64,000 bases of DNA from Allosphingosinicella sp. (GTDB taxonomy: Bacteria > Pseudomonadota > Alphaproteobacteria > Sphingomonadales > Sphingomonadaceae): the NCBI GenBank assembly GCA_036402575.1, contig DASWSP010000084.1, positions 9,924 to 73,923 of the forward strand, written 5' to 3'. Both the position numbers and the translations under genes were made by a program. The notes under the pieces are model-generated. The model had not been told where the DNA came from. It made no database searches and was given only the letters and a program-made list of their open reading frames with translations. Positions 1 through 11,670 of the stretch are shown here, one piece after another. Position 1 is the first letter of the stretch. The number at the start of each line of letters is the position of its first letter.

Positions 1-109
1 CCAGCACCGCGCGCTCGACCTGGCAGACGGGGGCGGCGTTGCCGGCAGTTGGACACGCCCGGCCGAGTCGCGACAAGAAAAATTTTCGCGGGCGCGTTAT
101 GGACCCGGG

Positions 110-475
110 ATGATGCTCTTGCTTTCCGCGATACCGCTCCTCGCCGCCGCCGCGCCCGGCATGTCGGTCAAGCTGTTCGAAGACGAGGCCGAGACCTCCT
201 ATCTCGATGTCGAACAGGGCGACCGGCGCGGCAGCGAGCGGATCGTGTGGATCACCCACGAATACAGGAAAAAGCGCGCGGACGGCATCAAGTACAGCCG
301 CGACCAATGGTCGATCAGCTGTGAGCGCCGGACCTTCAGCATCTTCGCCGTGGTCGAATATGATGCCCGCGGCAGGGTCATCCGCGCCGACGCCATTCCG
401 CTCGAACAGCGGCGTCCGAACCCGATCCCGGCGGGCGGGCGAATGGAAACCGTGTTCAGGATCGTCTGCGCCTGA
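110..475 (+). CDS. hypothetical exported protein
   Basis: 121-aa ORF with a short hydrophobic N-terminus (MMLLLSAIPLLAAAAPG) and GC-rich third positions. No family recognised. Confidence 0.45.
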   Translation: MMLLLSAIPLLAAAAPGMSVKLFEDEAETSYLDVEQGDRRGSERIVWITHEYRKKRADGIKYSRDQWSISCERRTFSIFAVVEYDARGRVIRADAIPLEQRRPNPIPAGGRMETVFRIVCA

Positions 476-571
476 ACGACCCTCAGGGACGAGCGCTTAC
501 AGCGAAGGCGCGCTGTCGCAGCCTGGCCGCCACGGCCGCCGCGCGGCCTGCGGCTCGGCAATCGGGCACAG

Positions 572-952
572 CTAAGGCCGTCGGTAGGGAGTGAACCGGC
601 CCAGCATGCAGGTCGGGCCGGGGATCGTGCTGTACGGGGCCAGGGACCGGATCCGGTCGCCGCGGCAATAGGCGCTGCGGTCCATGATGACGATCAGTGG
701 GTCCAGCGGCCGAAGCCCGGGGCAATCGTCGGGCAGCGCATTGACCCAGAGCGTTCGGCCGCGCTCGTAGGTGATCGTGCGCCGGTCGACGATCCGAAGG
801 GAAGAGGCGCCGTTCGTGGGCACGCAGCTTTCGGGCGGACCGGCGATCCGGCCGGCAAGCTCGCGCCGCAACGCCTCCTGCTCGCGCGTCGGCTCACCGC
901 TATCGACGGCGGCGCAACCGGCAAGGACGAGGAGCAAGATCGACAGACGCAT
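572..952 (-). CDS. hypothetical lipoprotein
   Basis: N-terminal MRLSILLLVLAGC lipobox signal. ATG confirmed at 950-952 (cat on + strand). Confidence 0.6.
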   Translation of the reverse strand: MRLSILLLVLAGCAAVDSGEPTREQEALRRELAGRIAGPPESCVPTNGASSLRIVDRRTITYERGRTLWVNALPDDCPGLRPLDPLIVIMDRSAYCRGDRIRSLAPYSTIPGPTCMLGRFTPYRRP

Positions 953-964
953 GGTTTAGCTGCA

Positions 965-1909
965 ATGGCTGATGACATCCTCAACGTTCGGGCCGCTTCC
1001 TTGATGCATGAGACGCGGCAGAATGTTGGACGCGCGCTGCTGCTCGCGCTGGTCGGCTTTTCGCTGCTGTCGGTCGGCGACGGGATCGTGAAGTCGATGG
1101 CGGGAGAATGGCCGGCCCCTGCCGTGTCGGCGCTGCGCTACTGGATCGGCGCGATCGGGCTTGCCGCGGTGGTGGCGATCCGCCACGGGCGCGCCGGCTT
1201 CGTCCTGCCGCGCCCGGCGCTGCAGCTCGGCCGCGGCGCCGCGGTGGCGCTGGCCACGATCTGCTTCTTCATCGGAGCGATGGCGATGCCGCTCGCCGAC
1301 GCGACCGCAATCCAGTTCAGCAGCCCGATGATCACCGCCGTGCTGGCGCCCTGGGTGCTCGGCGAACGGACGCCGCGCGCCGCCTTCCTGGCGATCGCGC
1401 TGGCCTTCGCGGGCGTGCTCGTGGTGCTGCGCCCCAACGTCCTCGAGCTCGGCGCGGCCGCTTTCTATCCGATCGCCGCCGCGTTCGGCATGGCATGGCT
1501 CATGATCTTCAACCGCAAGGCCGCGGGCGCGGCGCCGGCGCTGGTGATGCAGTTCGTGCTCGCCGCCATCGCCGCGCCGCTGCTGCTGGTCGCCGCCGCG
1601 CTGCTGTCGCGGCTACCGGCCTTCGCGGTGCCGGCGCCGAGCCTGGAGGTCGTCGCCAAATGCGCCACCGTCGCGCTGACGGCGACCACCGGCCACCTGC
1701 TGATCTACACCGCCACGGTCCGCGCCACGGCCGCGGTCGTCGCGCCGATGACCTATGTCCAGCTGCTCGTGGCGGCGGCGATCGGCTGGTGGTGGTTCGA
1801 TGATCGGCCCGACCTGACGACCATCGCCGGCGCCGCACTGATCATCGCCGGCGGCCTCTGGCTCTGGCGCTCGCAAAAGGTCCCCGACGTCGCCGAGACG
1901 CCGGATTAG
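965..1909 (+). CDS. DMT (EamA-like) family transporter
   Basis: 314-aa polytopic membrane protein with two EamA-like halves. ATG at 965. Confidence 0.8.
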   Translation: MADDILNVRAASLMHETRQNVGRALLLALVGFSLLSVGDGIVKSMAGEWPAPAVSALRYWIGAIGLAAVVAIRHGRAGFVLPRPALQLGRGAAVALATICFFIGAMAMPLADATAIQFSSPMITAVLAPWVLGERTPRAAFLAIALAFAGVLVVLRPNVLELGAAAFYPIAAAFGMAWLMIFNRKAAGAAPALVMQFVLAAIAAPLLLVAAALLSRLPAFAVPAPSLEVVAKCATVALTATTGHLLIYTATVRATAAVVAPMTYVQLLVAAAIGWWWFDDRPDLTTIAGAALIIAGGLWLWRSQKVPDVAETPD

Positions 1910-2069
1910 CCGTTCAAAGTTCGCACCGAACCCGCGGGCGGGCTGCGGCTCGGGAACTGTTGATGAGTTCCGTTTCGTCTAACCGGCGGCCCGATTATCT
2001 TTCAGATTGGATGGACGATTTCATCGAAGGCGGCGGTGCATTCGCGGCCCTCGCGGCGGACCAGTGCGG

Positions 2070-2717
2070 TCATTCCCTTTCGGGCGCGGCGGCGGCGGCG
2101 ATCGAGGCGTAGGCCGGGCGGAGCATCTGGAATTGATCCGTGCTGCGCGCGTACCAGCCCGCGCCGTGAGTGCGGGCGATCAGCTTCATCGCCGGGGTGT
2201 CGAGATGCATCCGCTCGGCATCGAGGACGAATTCGTCCCGGATGTGGGTGACGAGCACTTCGCCGACGATGATCGTCTGTCCCGCATAGTCCAGCACCGC
2301 GTCGCGCCGGCACTCGAAGCTCACCGGGCACGAGGCGATGATCGGCGGCTTGACGCGCGTCGACGGCAGCGTCTCGATGCCGGCGAGCGCCAGCTCGTCG
2401 ACCTCGGGCGGCGCATCGGTGGCGGTCAGGTTCATCCGCTCGGCGTCGGCTTCGGCGACAAGCCCGATGGTGAACTCGCCGGTCGCGCGGATGTTGGCGG
2501 CGGTGTCCTTGTCGCCCAGCGCCTTTGGAGTCTTCATCAGGCCGAGCACGATCAGCGGCGGCTCGCTGCCCATCGCGTTGAAGAAGCTGTGCGGGCCGCA
2601 ATTCGGCACGCCGTCCGCCGAGAGCGTGGTCACCCAGGCGATCGGCCGAGGCGTCACGGTCGAGTTCATGATCTTGTAGCGCGACATGAACGACAGGCTG
2701 GGCATATCAAATTGCAT
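2070..2717 (-). CDS. flavin reductase family protein (FMN-binding split barrel)
   Basis: Internal start MQFDMPSL at 2717 of the 341-aa track ORF; the upstream extension is R/S/P-rich junk. Motifs RPIAWVTT and GPHSFFN are typical of the flavin-reductase domain. Confidence 0.8.
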   Translation of the reverse strand: MQFDMPSLSFMSRYKIMNSTVTPRPIAWVTTLSADGVPNCGPHSFFNAMGSEPPLIVLGLMKTPKALGDKDTAANIRATGEFTIGLVAEADAERMNLTATDAPPEVDELALAGIETLPSTRVKPPIIASCPVSFECRRDAVLDYAGQTIIVGEVLVTHIRDEFVLDAERMHLDTPAMKLIARTHGAGWYARSTDQFQMLRPAYASIAAAAAPERE

Positions 2718-2727
2718 ACGTCCCCCG

Positions 2728-3549
2728 TCAGCCGCCCGCCTTGGCGGCGTTGCGGGCGGCCGCGCGCGCCTTGAACTGCTCGCGCGCCCGGGCCGCTTCC
2801 TCGCCGCTCTGGCAGATCGCGCAGTGAGCCAGCTCGAGCGCCAGGCTCGCGTCCAGGCTGGTTTCGGACGCCTGCTGGAGCAGCCGCTTCGCCAGCTCGG
2901 CGGCGTGGCGGTTGCCCTTGCCGATATGCGCCGCGAAGGCGAGCGCCGCCGCGGCCGTCTCGCCGCGCGGACAGAGGCGGCTCGCCAGCCCCAGCGCGAG
3001 CGCCTCCGGCGCGTCGATCGAGCGGCCGGAGAAGATGAGCTCGGCGGCCCGCAAACGCCCCACCTGCCGCTCGAGGAACCAGGCCGTGCCGCCATCGGGG
3101 ACGGTGCCGTAATCGAGGAACGGCGCTCCGAACTTGGCGTCCTCGGCGGCGAAGATCAGGTCTGCGGCCAGCGCCAGGCCCCAGCCCATGCCGTAGGCCC
3201 CGCCTTCGACCGCGGCGATGACCGGAACGGGAAGGCGGCGCAGCCGGGCGATGATGCGCTGGCCGAGCTCGAGCCGGGCGGCCGGCGCCAGCGCGCCCGC
3301 GCCGCGCGCCGGCGGCAGCTTCACGTCGCCGCCGGTGCTGAAGAAGCCCCCTGCCCCGGTCAGCACGAGGCCGCGCACCGGCGTGTCGCGCTCGATCTCG
3401 TCGAGCGCGGCGGCGAACGATTCCCACAGTTCGAAAGAAACCGAATTCAGCGCATGGCGCCGGTTGAGGGTCAGCATGACGACGTCGCCGGGATGGCGCT
3501 CGACCAGCAGGGGCGGCGCGTTCTCGTCCTGGCGGCCGGCGTCTGCCAT
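2728..3549 (-). CDS. enoyl-CoA hydratase/isomerase (crotonase) family protein
   Basis: Crotonase motifs LTGAGGFFSTGGDV and AAVEGGAYGMGWGLALAADL. Start MADAG at 3549 is preceded by GAGGGAGAGGAAA (RBS). Confidence 0.85.
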   Translation of the reverse strand: MADAGRQDENAPPLLVERHPGDVVMLTLNRRHALNSVSFELWESFAAALDEIERDTPVRGLVLTGAGGFFSTGGDVKLPPARGAGALAPAARLELGQRIIARLRRLPVPVIAAVEGGAYGMGWGLALAADLIFAAEDAKFGAPFLDYGTVPDGGTAWFLERQVGRLRAAELIFSGRSIDAPEALALGLASRLCPRGETAAAALAFAAHIGKGNRHAAELAKRLLQQASETSLDASLALELAHCAICQSGEEAARAREQFKARAAARNAAKAGG

Positions 3550-3605
3550 TTTCCTCTCCCTCTGTCCCTGCTTCCATGCCTCAGGCATCGGGAGCAGGAC
3601 AACTT

Positions 3606-3629
3606 AAAACTGCACGAGGGAGCAGAATT
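3606..3629. promoter_or_regulatory. regulon operator copy O1
   Basis: AAAACTGCACGAGGGAGCAGAATT, a perfect AAAACTGC-N8-GCAGAATT. It lies ~55 nt upstream of the crotonase ATG and just after the tetR stop. Confidence 0.7.
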
Positions 3630-3632
3630 ACA

Positions 3633-4358
3633 TCAGGCTACCTTCTCGCGCACCATCCGCGGCGGATGCTGCGCCTGGGCGACGAGACTGTCGACTCCAT
3701 CCTCCATGCCGGCGTGGATCATCGCCAGGATCTCGGTGCGGGCGGTACCGCGCGTGGCGCCGGCCATGAAGGTCAGATAGCTCATCAGCAGTCGGGGGAT
3801 GATATCCTCGTCGGAAATCTGGCCGCGCGCCCATTCGTTGATGGTGGCATATTCGAAGCGCACAAGGTCGTCGGCGAGCTGGCCTGCATCCACCCACGGC
3901 TGGAGCTGACGGCGGGCCTGCAGCCGCCGGATCCATTCCAGATTGGGGTCGGTGCCCATGCGGTGCATCGTCTGCCACAGGTCCGGGTTCACCTCGGCGC
4001 TGAAGTAGATCGCCATGATCGCGCGGATATAATTGCGGATCTTGCGGTTGCGCCGGGTGACGGCGACGATCCGCTCGACGTTGCGCTGGAGCGTTCCGAC
4101 CGGACTGCGGTAGTTGATGCGCGCCAGATATTCGCTGAAATATTCCTGGATGGCGACGGCGATCAGCCGCTCGCGGGTCTGGAACGCATTGTAGAGCGTA
4201 CGTTTGGCGACGCCCGCGCGCTTGCACAATTCATGCATGCTGAAATCCCCGATCCCCTGTTCAGCGATCAGGTTCCGGGTCTCCTCGAGAATCCGGCGGC
4301 GCCGGTCCCGAATAGCTGGGCTTGAATAAGTCAGCGACTTGTCGCCTTTGTCGCTCAA
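3633..4358 (-). CDS. TetR/AcrR family transcriptional regulator
   Basis: N-terminal HTH RRRILEETRNLIAEQGIGDFSMHELCKRAGVAKRTLYNAF. Apparent TTG start at 4358. A TTGACG-18-TAAGAT sigma70-like promoter can be read upstream. Confidence 0.85.
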   Translation of the reverse strand: MSDKGDKSLTYSSPAIRDRRRRILEETRNLIAEQGIGDFSMHELCKRAGVAKRTLYNAFQTRERLIAVAIQEYFSEYLARINYRSPVGTLQRNVERIVAVTRRNRKIRNYIRAIMAIYFSAEVNPDLWQTMHRMGTDPNLEWIRRLQARRQLQPWVDAGQLADDLVRFEYATINEWARGQISDEDIIPRLLMSYLTFMAGATRGTARTEILAMIHAGMEDGVDSLVAQAQHPPRMVREKVA

Positions 4359-4426
4359 TCGATGTCCTTCACAATAACATGATCCAAATATCTTATCGGT
4401 TGCGCTGTTTGTACGTCAACCCAAGA

Positions 4427-5965
4427 TCAGCCACCGATCGTCCGTTCGGTCGGCCAGTAACGGCGCCGCAATTCGCGCTTGTTGATCTTCCCCATCGGAT
4501 TTCGGCCGAGGTCCTCGACGAATTCATAGGATCGCGGACATTTGTAGCCCGCAAGCGAGGCGCGGCAATGACGGTTGAGCGTGTCCTGGTCCGGCGGATC
4601 GGCCGGATCGGCGGCGACGATTAGCGCCTTGGCCTCCTCGCCCATTTCGGCGTTGGGAGCGCCGATCACCGCGACGTCGGCGACCTGCGGATGAGTCAAC
4701 AGGACCTGTTCGGCCTCGGCCGGGTAGATGTTGACGCCGCCCGAGACGATCATGTCCGACACCCGATCGGTGATGAACACGTAGCCGTCTTCGTCGACGA
4801 ACCCCATTTCGCCCAGGGTGAAGACGCCCGGCGCGATGTGCGCGGCGGCCGTCTTTTCGGGATCGCCATGATAGACGATGCCGCGCCCGCTCGGATCGCG
4901 CACATAGAGCTGGCCGACCTGGTTCGGCGCGAGCGGCTCGCCATCCTCGCCGACCACCACCGTCTCGAGCGGCGGCACCGCCTTGCCGACCGAGCCCGGC
5001 TTGCGCAGCCATTCCTCCGAAGCGATGGCGTGGGTCGTGCCCGCCTCGGTCCCGCCATAGGCCTCGAACAGCACCGGACCGAACCAGTCGATCATCGCGC
5101 GCTTGACCTCGCGCGGACAGGCGGCGCCGGTATGGGCGAGCCGCCTCATGCTCGACACGTCGTATTTCTCCCGCACCTGCGCCGGAAGCGCGAGCAGGCG
5201 CTGGAAATGGGTGGGCACCATCACCGATCCGGCGATCTTCTCGCGCTCGATCGTCGCCAGCGCGGCCTCGGGCTCGAAGGCGCTCATCACCACCAGCGCG
5301 CTGCCGCCCATCAGGCTGCGCACCATCGTCAGCGGGCCGGTATGGTAGAGCGGCCCGACGACGAGGCCCGGCGACGGAGTCGCGCGCGTGCGCATGATGG
5401 CGCCGAACTCGGCCATGTCGGCGGCCGGCGGGAAATAGCCGGGCGGCGTCTCGGTCGCCTTCGGCCGACCCGTGGTTCCTGACGTGTAATGGAGATGCGG
5501 CCGGGGCCTGACGTCGGTGGGCGGCGCCGAGTCAGGGGCGGCCCCGACCCATTCCTCCCAGGCGGTCAGGCCCGCGCGCGGGCTGCAGCGCCAGCCGACG
5601 ATCGTCTTGATTCCTGCCGTGGCCGCCGCGGCCATCCCCGCCTCCGCCGTCTCCTCCGCAACGAACAGCGCGCCGGCCCCGGAAGACTGGAGAATATAGG
5701 CGACCTCGTCCGGGGTGAGATGGAAGCTGACCGGCACGCTCGACAGGCCCGCCTCCAGCGCCGCGACATAGGCGATCACCGTCTCCGAGCTGTTGGGCGC
5801 GAACACGGCCACCCGCTGCGCCGCTCCGGCGGACAGGCCCTGCATCGCGTGGATCGCGCGGTTGAGGATGGGGTCGAGTTCGGCCCAGCTGTAGCGGACG
5901 CGCTCGTCCGCCAGCGCCAGCTCCCCGCGCCGCGCCGGCTCGATACCCGCCACCGTTACCGACAT
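4427..5965 (-). CDS. AMP-forming acyl-CoA synthetase (LvaE-like position)
   Basis: AMP-binding signature YTSGTTGRPKA. 512 aa. ATG at 5963-5965. Confidence 0.9.
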   Translation of the reverse strand: MSVTVAGIEPARRGELALADERVRYSWAELDPILNRAIHAMQGLSAGAAQRVAVFAPNSSETVIAYVAALEAGLSSVPVSFHLTPDEVAYILQSSGAGALFVAEETAEAGMAAAATAGIKTIVGWRCSPRAGLTAWEEWVGAAPDSAPPTDVRPRPHLHYTSGTTGRPKATETPPGYFPPAADMAEFGAIMRTRATPSPGLVVGPLYHTGPLTMVRSLMGGSALVVMSAFEPEAALATIEREKIAGSVMVPTHFQRLLALPAQVREKYDVSSMRRLAHTGAACPREVKRAMIDWFGPVLFEAYGGTEAGTTHAIASEEWLRKPGSVGKAVPPLETVVVGEDGEPLAPNQVGQLYVRDPSGRGIVYHGDPEKTAAAHIAPGVFTLGEMGFVDEDGYVFITDRVSDMIVSGGVNIYPAEAEQVLLTHPQVADVAVIGAPNAEMGEEAKALIVAADPADPPDQDTLNRHCRASLAGYKCPRSYEFVEDLGRNPMGKINKRELRRRYWPTERTIGG

Positions 5966-5985
5966 CCACGCCCTCCCCTACAATT

Positions 5986-6009
5986 GAATCTATACCGCTA
6001 TGCAGTTTT
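5986..6009. promoter_or_regulatory. regulon operator copy O2
   Basis: Reverse complement reads AAAACTGCATAGCGGTATAGATTC. It lies ~20 nt upstream of the acyl-CoA synthetase ATG and overlaps the MFS stop codon. Confidence 0.6.
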
Positions 6010-7347
6010 CACGGCAAGTTCGTTGCGGGAGATGGCGGGCTCGAGATAGCGCAGCGCCACCCGGAAGCTGACCAGCGCTACGATCGTGCCGGTGATCACC
6101 ACCACCGCCAGCGAATAACCGATCTTGGCCTCGTCGCGGAAAACATAGTCGGTCAGCGCCCCCACGATCGCCGGGCCGGCGCCGAGCCCCAGAATGGTGA
6201 AGACGAACAGGAACATGGCCAGCATCCGGGCGCGGATCGAGCTCGGCGCCAGCAGCGCCATGATCGAGGAGACGTAGACCATGAACGGCACGGTGATGAA
6301 CTGCGCGACGGCATAGCAGGCGAGGAAGACGTAGATGTTGTCGGCGAAGAACATGTAGGCGACCACCGGCATCAGCGCGAGGATCAGCCAGCTGTAGAAG
6401 CGCAGGTGCGCGTCCTTCATGCCGCGCCCGAACAAGCGGTCGACGATCCAGCCGTTCACGACGAGCGAGGCCGCGGCGATGATGTTCATCGCGCTCAGCG
6501 CCGGCCCATATTCCCCCGGCTCCCAGCCGAAGCGCCGGTCGATATAGGCCGGGATCCAGTTGCTCATCGAATAGCCGCAGATCGCGAGGCACGAGGTGCC
6601 GATCAGCATCAGCACGATCAGCTTCCAGTTGCCGCGGATGAAGGCCATCACCTCGCCGCGCAGCACTTCGTTACCGACGGCGCCCGGGCTGCGGCGGCGG
6701 CCCGGATCGGCGAAGGTGAACAGCAACGGGGCGAGGATGAAGCCCGGCAGGCCGACCATCATCAACACCAGCTGCCAGGGTTCCGCCGGTCCGTGGATCG
6801 GCAGATCCACGCCCTCGAAGGTGGTGGCGTAGGCGATCGCCAGGCCGCCGAGGCCGAAGGCGGTCGCCGATCCGACCTTGCCCGCCATCTGGAACGAGGA
6901 GGTGGCGATCGTCAGCTTGTCGCGCGAGAAGCCGTCCGAGATGAGCGAATAGGCCGCCGGCAGCAAAGCCGCCTCGCCCACTCCGACCAGGATGCGCGCG
7001 CCGAGCAGGCTCTCGTAGGAATCCGCGAAGCCGCAGGCAATGGTGGCGGTCGCCCAGAGGATGACCCCGAAGAAGATGATCCAGCGGCGCGAGAAGCGGT
7101 CCGCCGCCCAGCCGAGCGGCAGGCCGAACACGGCGTAGAAGATCGCGAACGAGGTCGAGGTGATCATGCTGATCTGGACGTCGCTGAGCAGCAGGTCCGC
7201 CTTGATCGGAGTCACCAGCATGCTGAGGATCAGCCGGTCGACCCAGGAGAAGACGTACATCACGAACAGCACGGTCACCATCCACCAGCTCGTGCGGCTG
7301 GCTTCGGCCTGGAGGGCGCTGACGGGATTGGCGTAGACGCTGGTCAT
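5998..7347 (-). CDS. MFS transporter
   Basis: Internal start MTSVYANP at 7347. 12-TM-like profile with MFS motif GWAADRFSRRW. The upstream extension of the track ORF is non-coding-like. Confidence 0.85.
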   Translation of the reverse strand: MTSVYANPVSALQAEASRTSWWMVTVLFVMYVFSWVDRLILSMLVTPIKADLLLSDVQISMITSTSFAIFYAVFGLPLGWAADRFSRRWIIFFGVILWATATIACGFADSYESLLGARILVGVGEAALLPAAYSLISDGFSRDKLTIATSSFQMAGKVGSATAFGLGGLAIAYATTFEGVDLPIHGPAEPWQLVLMMVGLPGFILAPLLFTFADPGRRRSPGAVGNEVLRGEVMAFIRGNWKLIVLMLIGTSCLAICGYSMSNWIPAYIDRRFGWEPGEYGPALSAMNIIAAASLVVNGWIVDRLFGRGMKDAHLRFYSWLILALMPVVAYMFFADNIYVFLACYAVAQFITVPFMVYVSSIMALLAPSSIRARMLAMFLFVFTILGLGAGPAIVGALTDYVFRDEAKIGYSLAVVVITGTIVALVSFRVALRYLEPAISRNELAVKTA

Positions 7348-7372
7348 CTGACTTCCTCTCGTGAGGCGTGCG

Positions 7373-8602
<1,230 letters not shown>

Positions 8603-8619
8603 CGGGCCGTCTCCATGGA

Positions 8620-9357
8620 TCAAAGGGTAAGTCCGCCGTCGACGAGCAAGGTCTGCCCGCAGATGTAGCCGGCCAGCGGCGAGGCGAGGAAAAGGGCGAC
8701 TCCGGCCATCTCATCGGTCGTGCCGAAGCGGCCCATCGGGATCTTGGCGAGCGCGCGCTCGCGGCGCTCGGGACTCTCCATCGTGACCTTGGTCATCTTG
8801 GTGTCGACGAGGCTCGGCGCGAAGCCGTTGACGCGGATGCCGTCCTTCGCCCAGGCTTGGCCCAGGGTACGAACGAGGCCGACCGCGGCCGTCTTGGACG
8901 CGGCATAAGCGGGGTTGCCCATGGTCGAGCGGAACGCCGCGACCGAGCTCACCACGATCACCGACCCCTTGGCGGCCTTCAGCAGCGGATGGAAGCGCTG
9001 GGCGATGTGCATGACGCTGTCGACGTTGACGGCCATCACCTTGTCCCAGCCCTGGCGCTCGAACTCCTTGCGGCCGTAGAGCACCGCCCCCTGCGACTGG
9101 ACGAGGATGTCGAGCCGCTCGAACGGCGCCTGCGCCGCGGCGATCGCGTCGGGATCGCTGACGTCGACGGAGACATAATGAAGGCCGGCGAGGTCGGAGC
9201 CCCCCTCCCCCTCATAGTCGGCCGCGCTCGCGCGGGTTCCCCAGACATGGACCTCGGCGCCGCGCGCCCGGAACGCCTGCGCGATCGCATTGCCGATGCC
9301 GCTCGATCCGCCGACCACGAGCGCGGTCTTGCCGCTGAAATCAAGCTCGCTTGTCAT
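8620..9357 (-). CDS. short-chain dehydrogenase/reductase (LvaD-like position)
   Basis: [15 protein letters not shown] Rossmann motif and YAASKTA (YxxxK). Internal start MTSELD at 9357. ATGA overlap with the upstream kinase gene. Confidence 0.85.
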   Translation of the reverse strand: MTSELDFSGKTALVVGGSSGIGNAIAQAFRARGAEVHVWGTRASAADYEGEGGSDLAGLHYVSVDVSDPDAIAAAQAPFERLDILVQSQGAVLYGRKEFERQGWDKVMAVNVDSVMHIAQRFHPLLKAAKGSVIVVSSVAAFRSTMGNPAYAASKTAAVGLVRTLGQAWAKDGIRVNGFAPSLVDTKMTKVTMESPERRERALAKIPMGRFGTTDEMAGVALFLASPLAGYICGQTLLVDGGLTL

Positions 9358-10364
9358 CCGATCCACTCCTGCGCGCGCTCGAACAGGCGGACGGCGCGGC
9401 CGTGCAGACGCTCGCCGACATCCGCGGGCGCTTTGCCGGCGCAGGCGCGGGCGTGGGTTCCTTCGAGCAATATGCCGAGCTTGTAGCAGGCCAGCACCTT
9501 GTACCAATCCACCGCCGACAGATCGCGCGCGCTGCGTTCGCGATAATGCGCGACCAGCTCGTCGGCGGTGGGAAAGCCTTCCCAAGGCTCGACCCTGACG
9601 GTGCTTTCGCCGCCGTCGCCCGCCGGCCAGGTGGCGAGCAGCCAGCCCAGATCGATCAGCGGGTCCCCGATCGTCGCCAGCTCCCAATCGACGATTGCGG
9701 CCAGCTCCGGCCCATCGTTGCGGAACATGACGTTGGCGAGGTGATAGTCGCCGTGGATGATCCCCGGAATGAAATGCGCCGGCCGGTTTGCGTCCAGCCA
9801 TGCGGCGACCCGGGCGACGCCGGGCAGCCCGTCCGTCCAGCCGGGCATGGCGGCATAGCCGTCGAGCTGCTTCTTCCAGCGCGCGACCTGCCGCTCCAGA
9901 TAGTTTTCGGGCCGGCCGAAATCGCCGAGCCCGACCCGCGCATGGTCGACGGCGCCGAGCGCGGCGATTCCTTCGGCCATGGCGAGCCCCATGCGGCGGC
10001 GGATGGCGGGCGAACCGGCGTGCAGCGGCGGCAGGCCCGCGACCGGATTGAAGCCGTCGACCGGCACCATCAGGTAGAAAGCGGCGCCGAGCACCGATTC
10101 GTCGCCGCAGGCGGCGACCAGGGTCGGGTGCGGCACGTCGCTTCCGGCGAGCGCGGCAAGCACCCGCGCCTCGCGCCGCATCGTTTCGTTGGACTCCGGC
10201 CTGGGATGCGCGGGCGGATGGCGCAGCACATATTCCGCATCGCCGCGGCAAAAGCGCAGCAGGATGTTCTGCGTGCCGCCCGACAGCGCGGCAACGTCGC
10301 GGATCGGCCCCGCGCCAACGCCTTCGGCGTCCATCCAGCCCTCGAGAGCCTTGGTATCAACCAC
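9354..10364 (-). CDS. APH-type phosphotransferase (LvaA / ACAD10-11 kinase-domain-like)
   Basis: Kinase catalytic loop IIHGDYHLANVMF and IVDWE. Start uncertain: GTG at 10364 or ATG at 10334. Confidence 0.8.
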   Translation of the reverse strand: MVDTKALEGWMDAEGVGAGPIRDVAALSGGTQNILLRFCRGDAEYVLRHPPAHPRPESNETMRREARVLAALAGSDVPHPTLVAACGDESVLGAAFYLMVPVDGFNPVAGLPPLHAGSPAIRRRMGLAMAEGIAALGAVDHARVGLGDFGRPENYLERQVARWKKQLDGYAAMPGWTDGLPGVARVAAWLDANRPAHFIPGIIHGDYHLANVMFRNDGPELAAIVDWELATIGDPLIDLGWLLATWPAGDGGESTVRVEPWEGFPTADELVAHYRERSARDLSAVDWYKVLACYKLGILLEGTHARACAGKAPADVGERLHGRAVRLFERAQEWIG

Positions 10365-10437
10365 GGCGGCGCCGCCCCTCCAGCGTTTATTTTGTTTGCC
10401 CCGGATATGCGCTTGGAGTAGGGGCAGCGCAAGCACG

Positions 10438-10461
10438 AAAACTGCACTGATGGTCAGAATT
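10438..10461. promoter_or_regulatory. regulon operator copy O3
   Basis: AAAACTGCACTGATGGTCAGAATT in the divergent region between the kinase operon (-) and the thiolase (+, ATG 10498). Confidence 0.65.
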
Positions 10462-10497
10462 TGAGCAACCCCACCATCTGGCGGAACGGAGGACGGG

Positions 10498-11670
10498 ATG
10501 GGAGAGGCATATATCGTCGCGGTCGCGCGAAGCGCCGGCGGACGCAAAGGCGGTCGGCTGGCGGGATGGCACCCGACCGATCTGGCGGGGGCGGTCCTCA
10601 AGGGCCTGATCGAACGCAGCGGCGCCGATCCGGCCGCGATCGAAGACGTCATCATGGGCTGCGCCTGCCCCGGCGGCGAGCAGGGCGCCAACATCGGCCG
10701 CTATGCCGCGCTCGCGGCCGGCCTGCCCGAATCGGTGCCCGGTACGACCGTCGATCGCCAGTGCGGCTCATCGCAGCAGGCGCTGCATTTCGCGGCCGCG
10801 ACGGTGATGACGGGAACGATGGACGTGGTCATCGCCGCCGGCGTGGAATCGATGACCCGAGTGCCGATGGGCCTGCCCTGGACGCTCGCCGCCCAGCATG
10901 GCTACGGCACCTACCGCAGCCCCGGCCTCAACGACCGCTACGGCGACACGCCCTTCAGCCAGTTTTCGGGCGCGGAGATGCTCGCCCGCAAATACGGGTT
11001 CGACCGCGAGCAGCTCGACGCCTTCTCGCTTGAGAGCCACCGCAAGGCGATGGCCGCGACGCAAGGCGGCAAGTTCGACGCCGAGATCGTGCCGCTGCAA
11101 GTGACGCTGGAAGACGGGACCACCGAGACCCACCGCGCCGACGAGGGCATCCGGCGCGACGCGACGATCGAGAAGATCGCGTCGGTGAAGACGCTCCAGG
11201 AGGGCGGCATGATCACGGCCGCCAACGCCAGCCAGATCTGCGACGGCGCGGCGGCTCTGCTCATCGCCAACGAGCGCGGCCTCAAGGCGCTCGGCGCCAC
11301 GCCGCTGGCGCGCGTGCACCAGATGAGCGTGCTCGGCCACGACCCGATCATCATGCTCGAGGCCCCCATCCCCGCCACCGAGCGGGCGCTTCGGAAGGCC
11401 GGGATGAAGATCGACGACATCGATCTTTACGAGGTCAACGAGGCCTTCGCGCCCGTCCCGCTGGCCTGGGCGCAGGCGAGCGGCGCCGATCCGGAGCGGC
11501 TCAACGTCAATGGCGGCGCGATCGCGCTCGGCCATCCGCTGGGCGCGAGCGGCGCGAAGCTCATGACGACGCTCGTCCAGGCGCTTCACGACCGCGGCGG
11601 CCGCTACGGCCTGCAGACGATGTGCGAGGCCGGCGGCATGGCCAACGTGACGATCATCGAGCGGCTTTAG
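10498..11670 (+). CDS. acetyl-CoA C-acyltransferase (thiolase)
   Basis: Active-site Cys region [12 protein letters not shown], then [17 protein letters not shown] and CEAGGMA. 390 aa. Confidence 0.9.
   Translation: MGEAYIVAVARSAGGRKGGRLAGWHPTDLAGAVLKGLIERSGADPAAIEDVIMGCACPGGEQGANIGRYAALAAGLPESVPGTTVDRQCGSSQQALHFAAATVMTGTMDVVIAAGVESMTRVPMGLPWTLAAQHGYGTYRSPGLNDRYGDTPFSQFSGAEMLARKYGFDREQLDAFSLESHRKAMAATQGGKFDAEIVPLQVTLEDGTTETHRADEGIRRDATIEKIASVKTLQEGGMITAANASQICDGAAALLIANERGLKALGATPLARVHQMSVLGHDPIIMLEAPIPATERALRKAGMKIDDIDLYEVNEAFAPVPLAWAQASGADPERLNVNGGAIALGHPLGASGAKLMTTLVQALHDRGGRYGLQTMCEAGGMANVTIIERL

Noticed and set aside
476-571. Possible terminator between the convergent genes at 110..475 and 572..952.
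   Set aside because: Only short imperfect GC repeats are present, with no convincing stem-loop and no T-tract.
2718-3095. N-terminal extensions of track ORFs: 2070..3095, 5998..7575, 8620..10251, 11667..13775, 15051..17144, 16696..18732, 19946..21283, 38535..40817, 42673..44823 and 47512..50610.
   Set aside because: The extensions run through the upstream gene, are low-complexity, and precede an internal Met/Val with a good RBS and a typical family N-terminus. Shorter starts were used instead.
4387-4410. Degenerate operator-like sequence (AATATCTTATCGGTTGCGCTGTTT) overlapping the putative tetR promoter.
   Set aside because: Neither half-site matches the CTGC/GCAG core in either orientation. 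It was not counted among the 13 copies, so direct autoregulation of tetR is not supported by the sequence.
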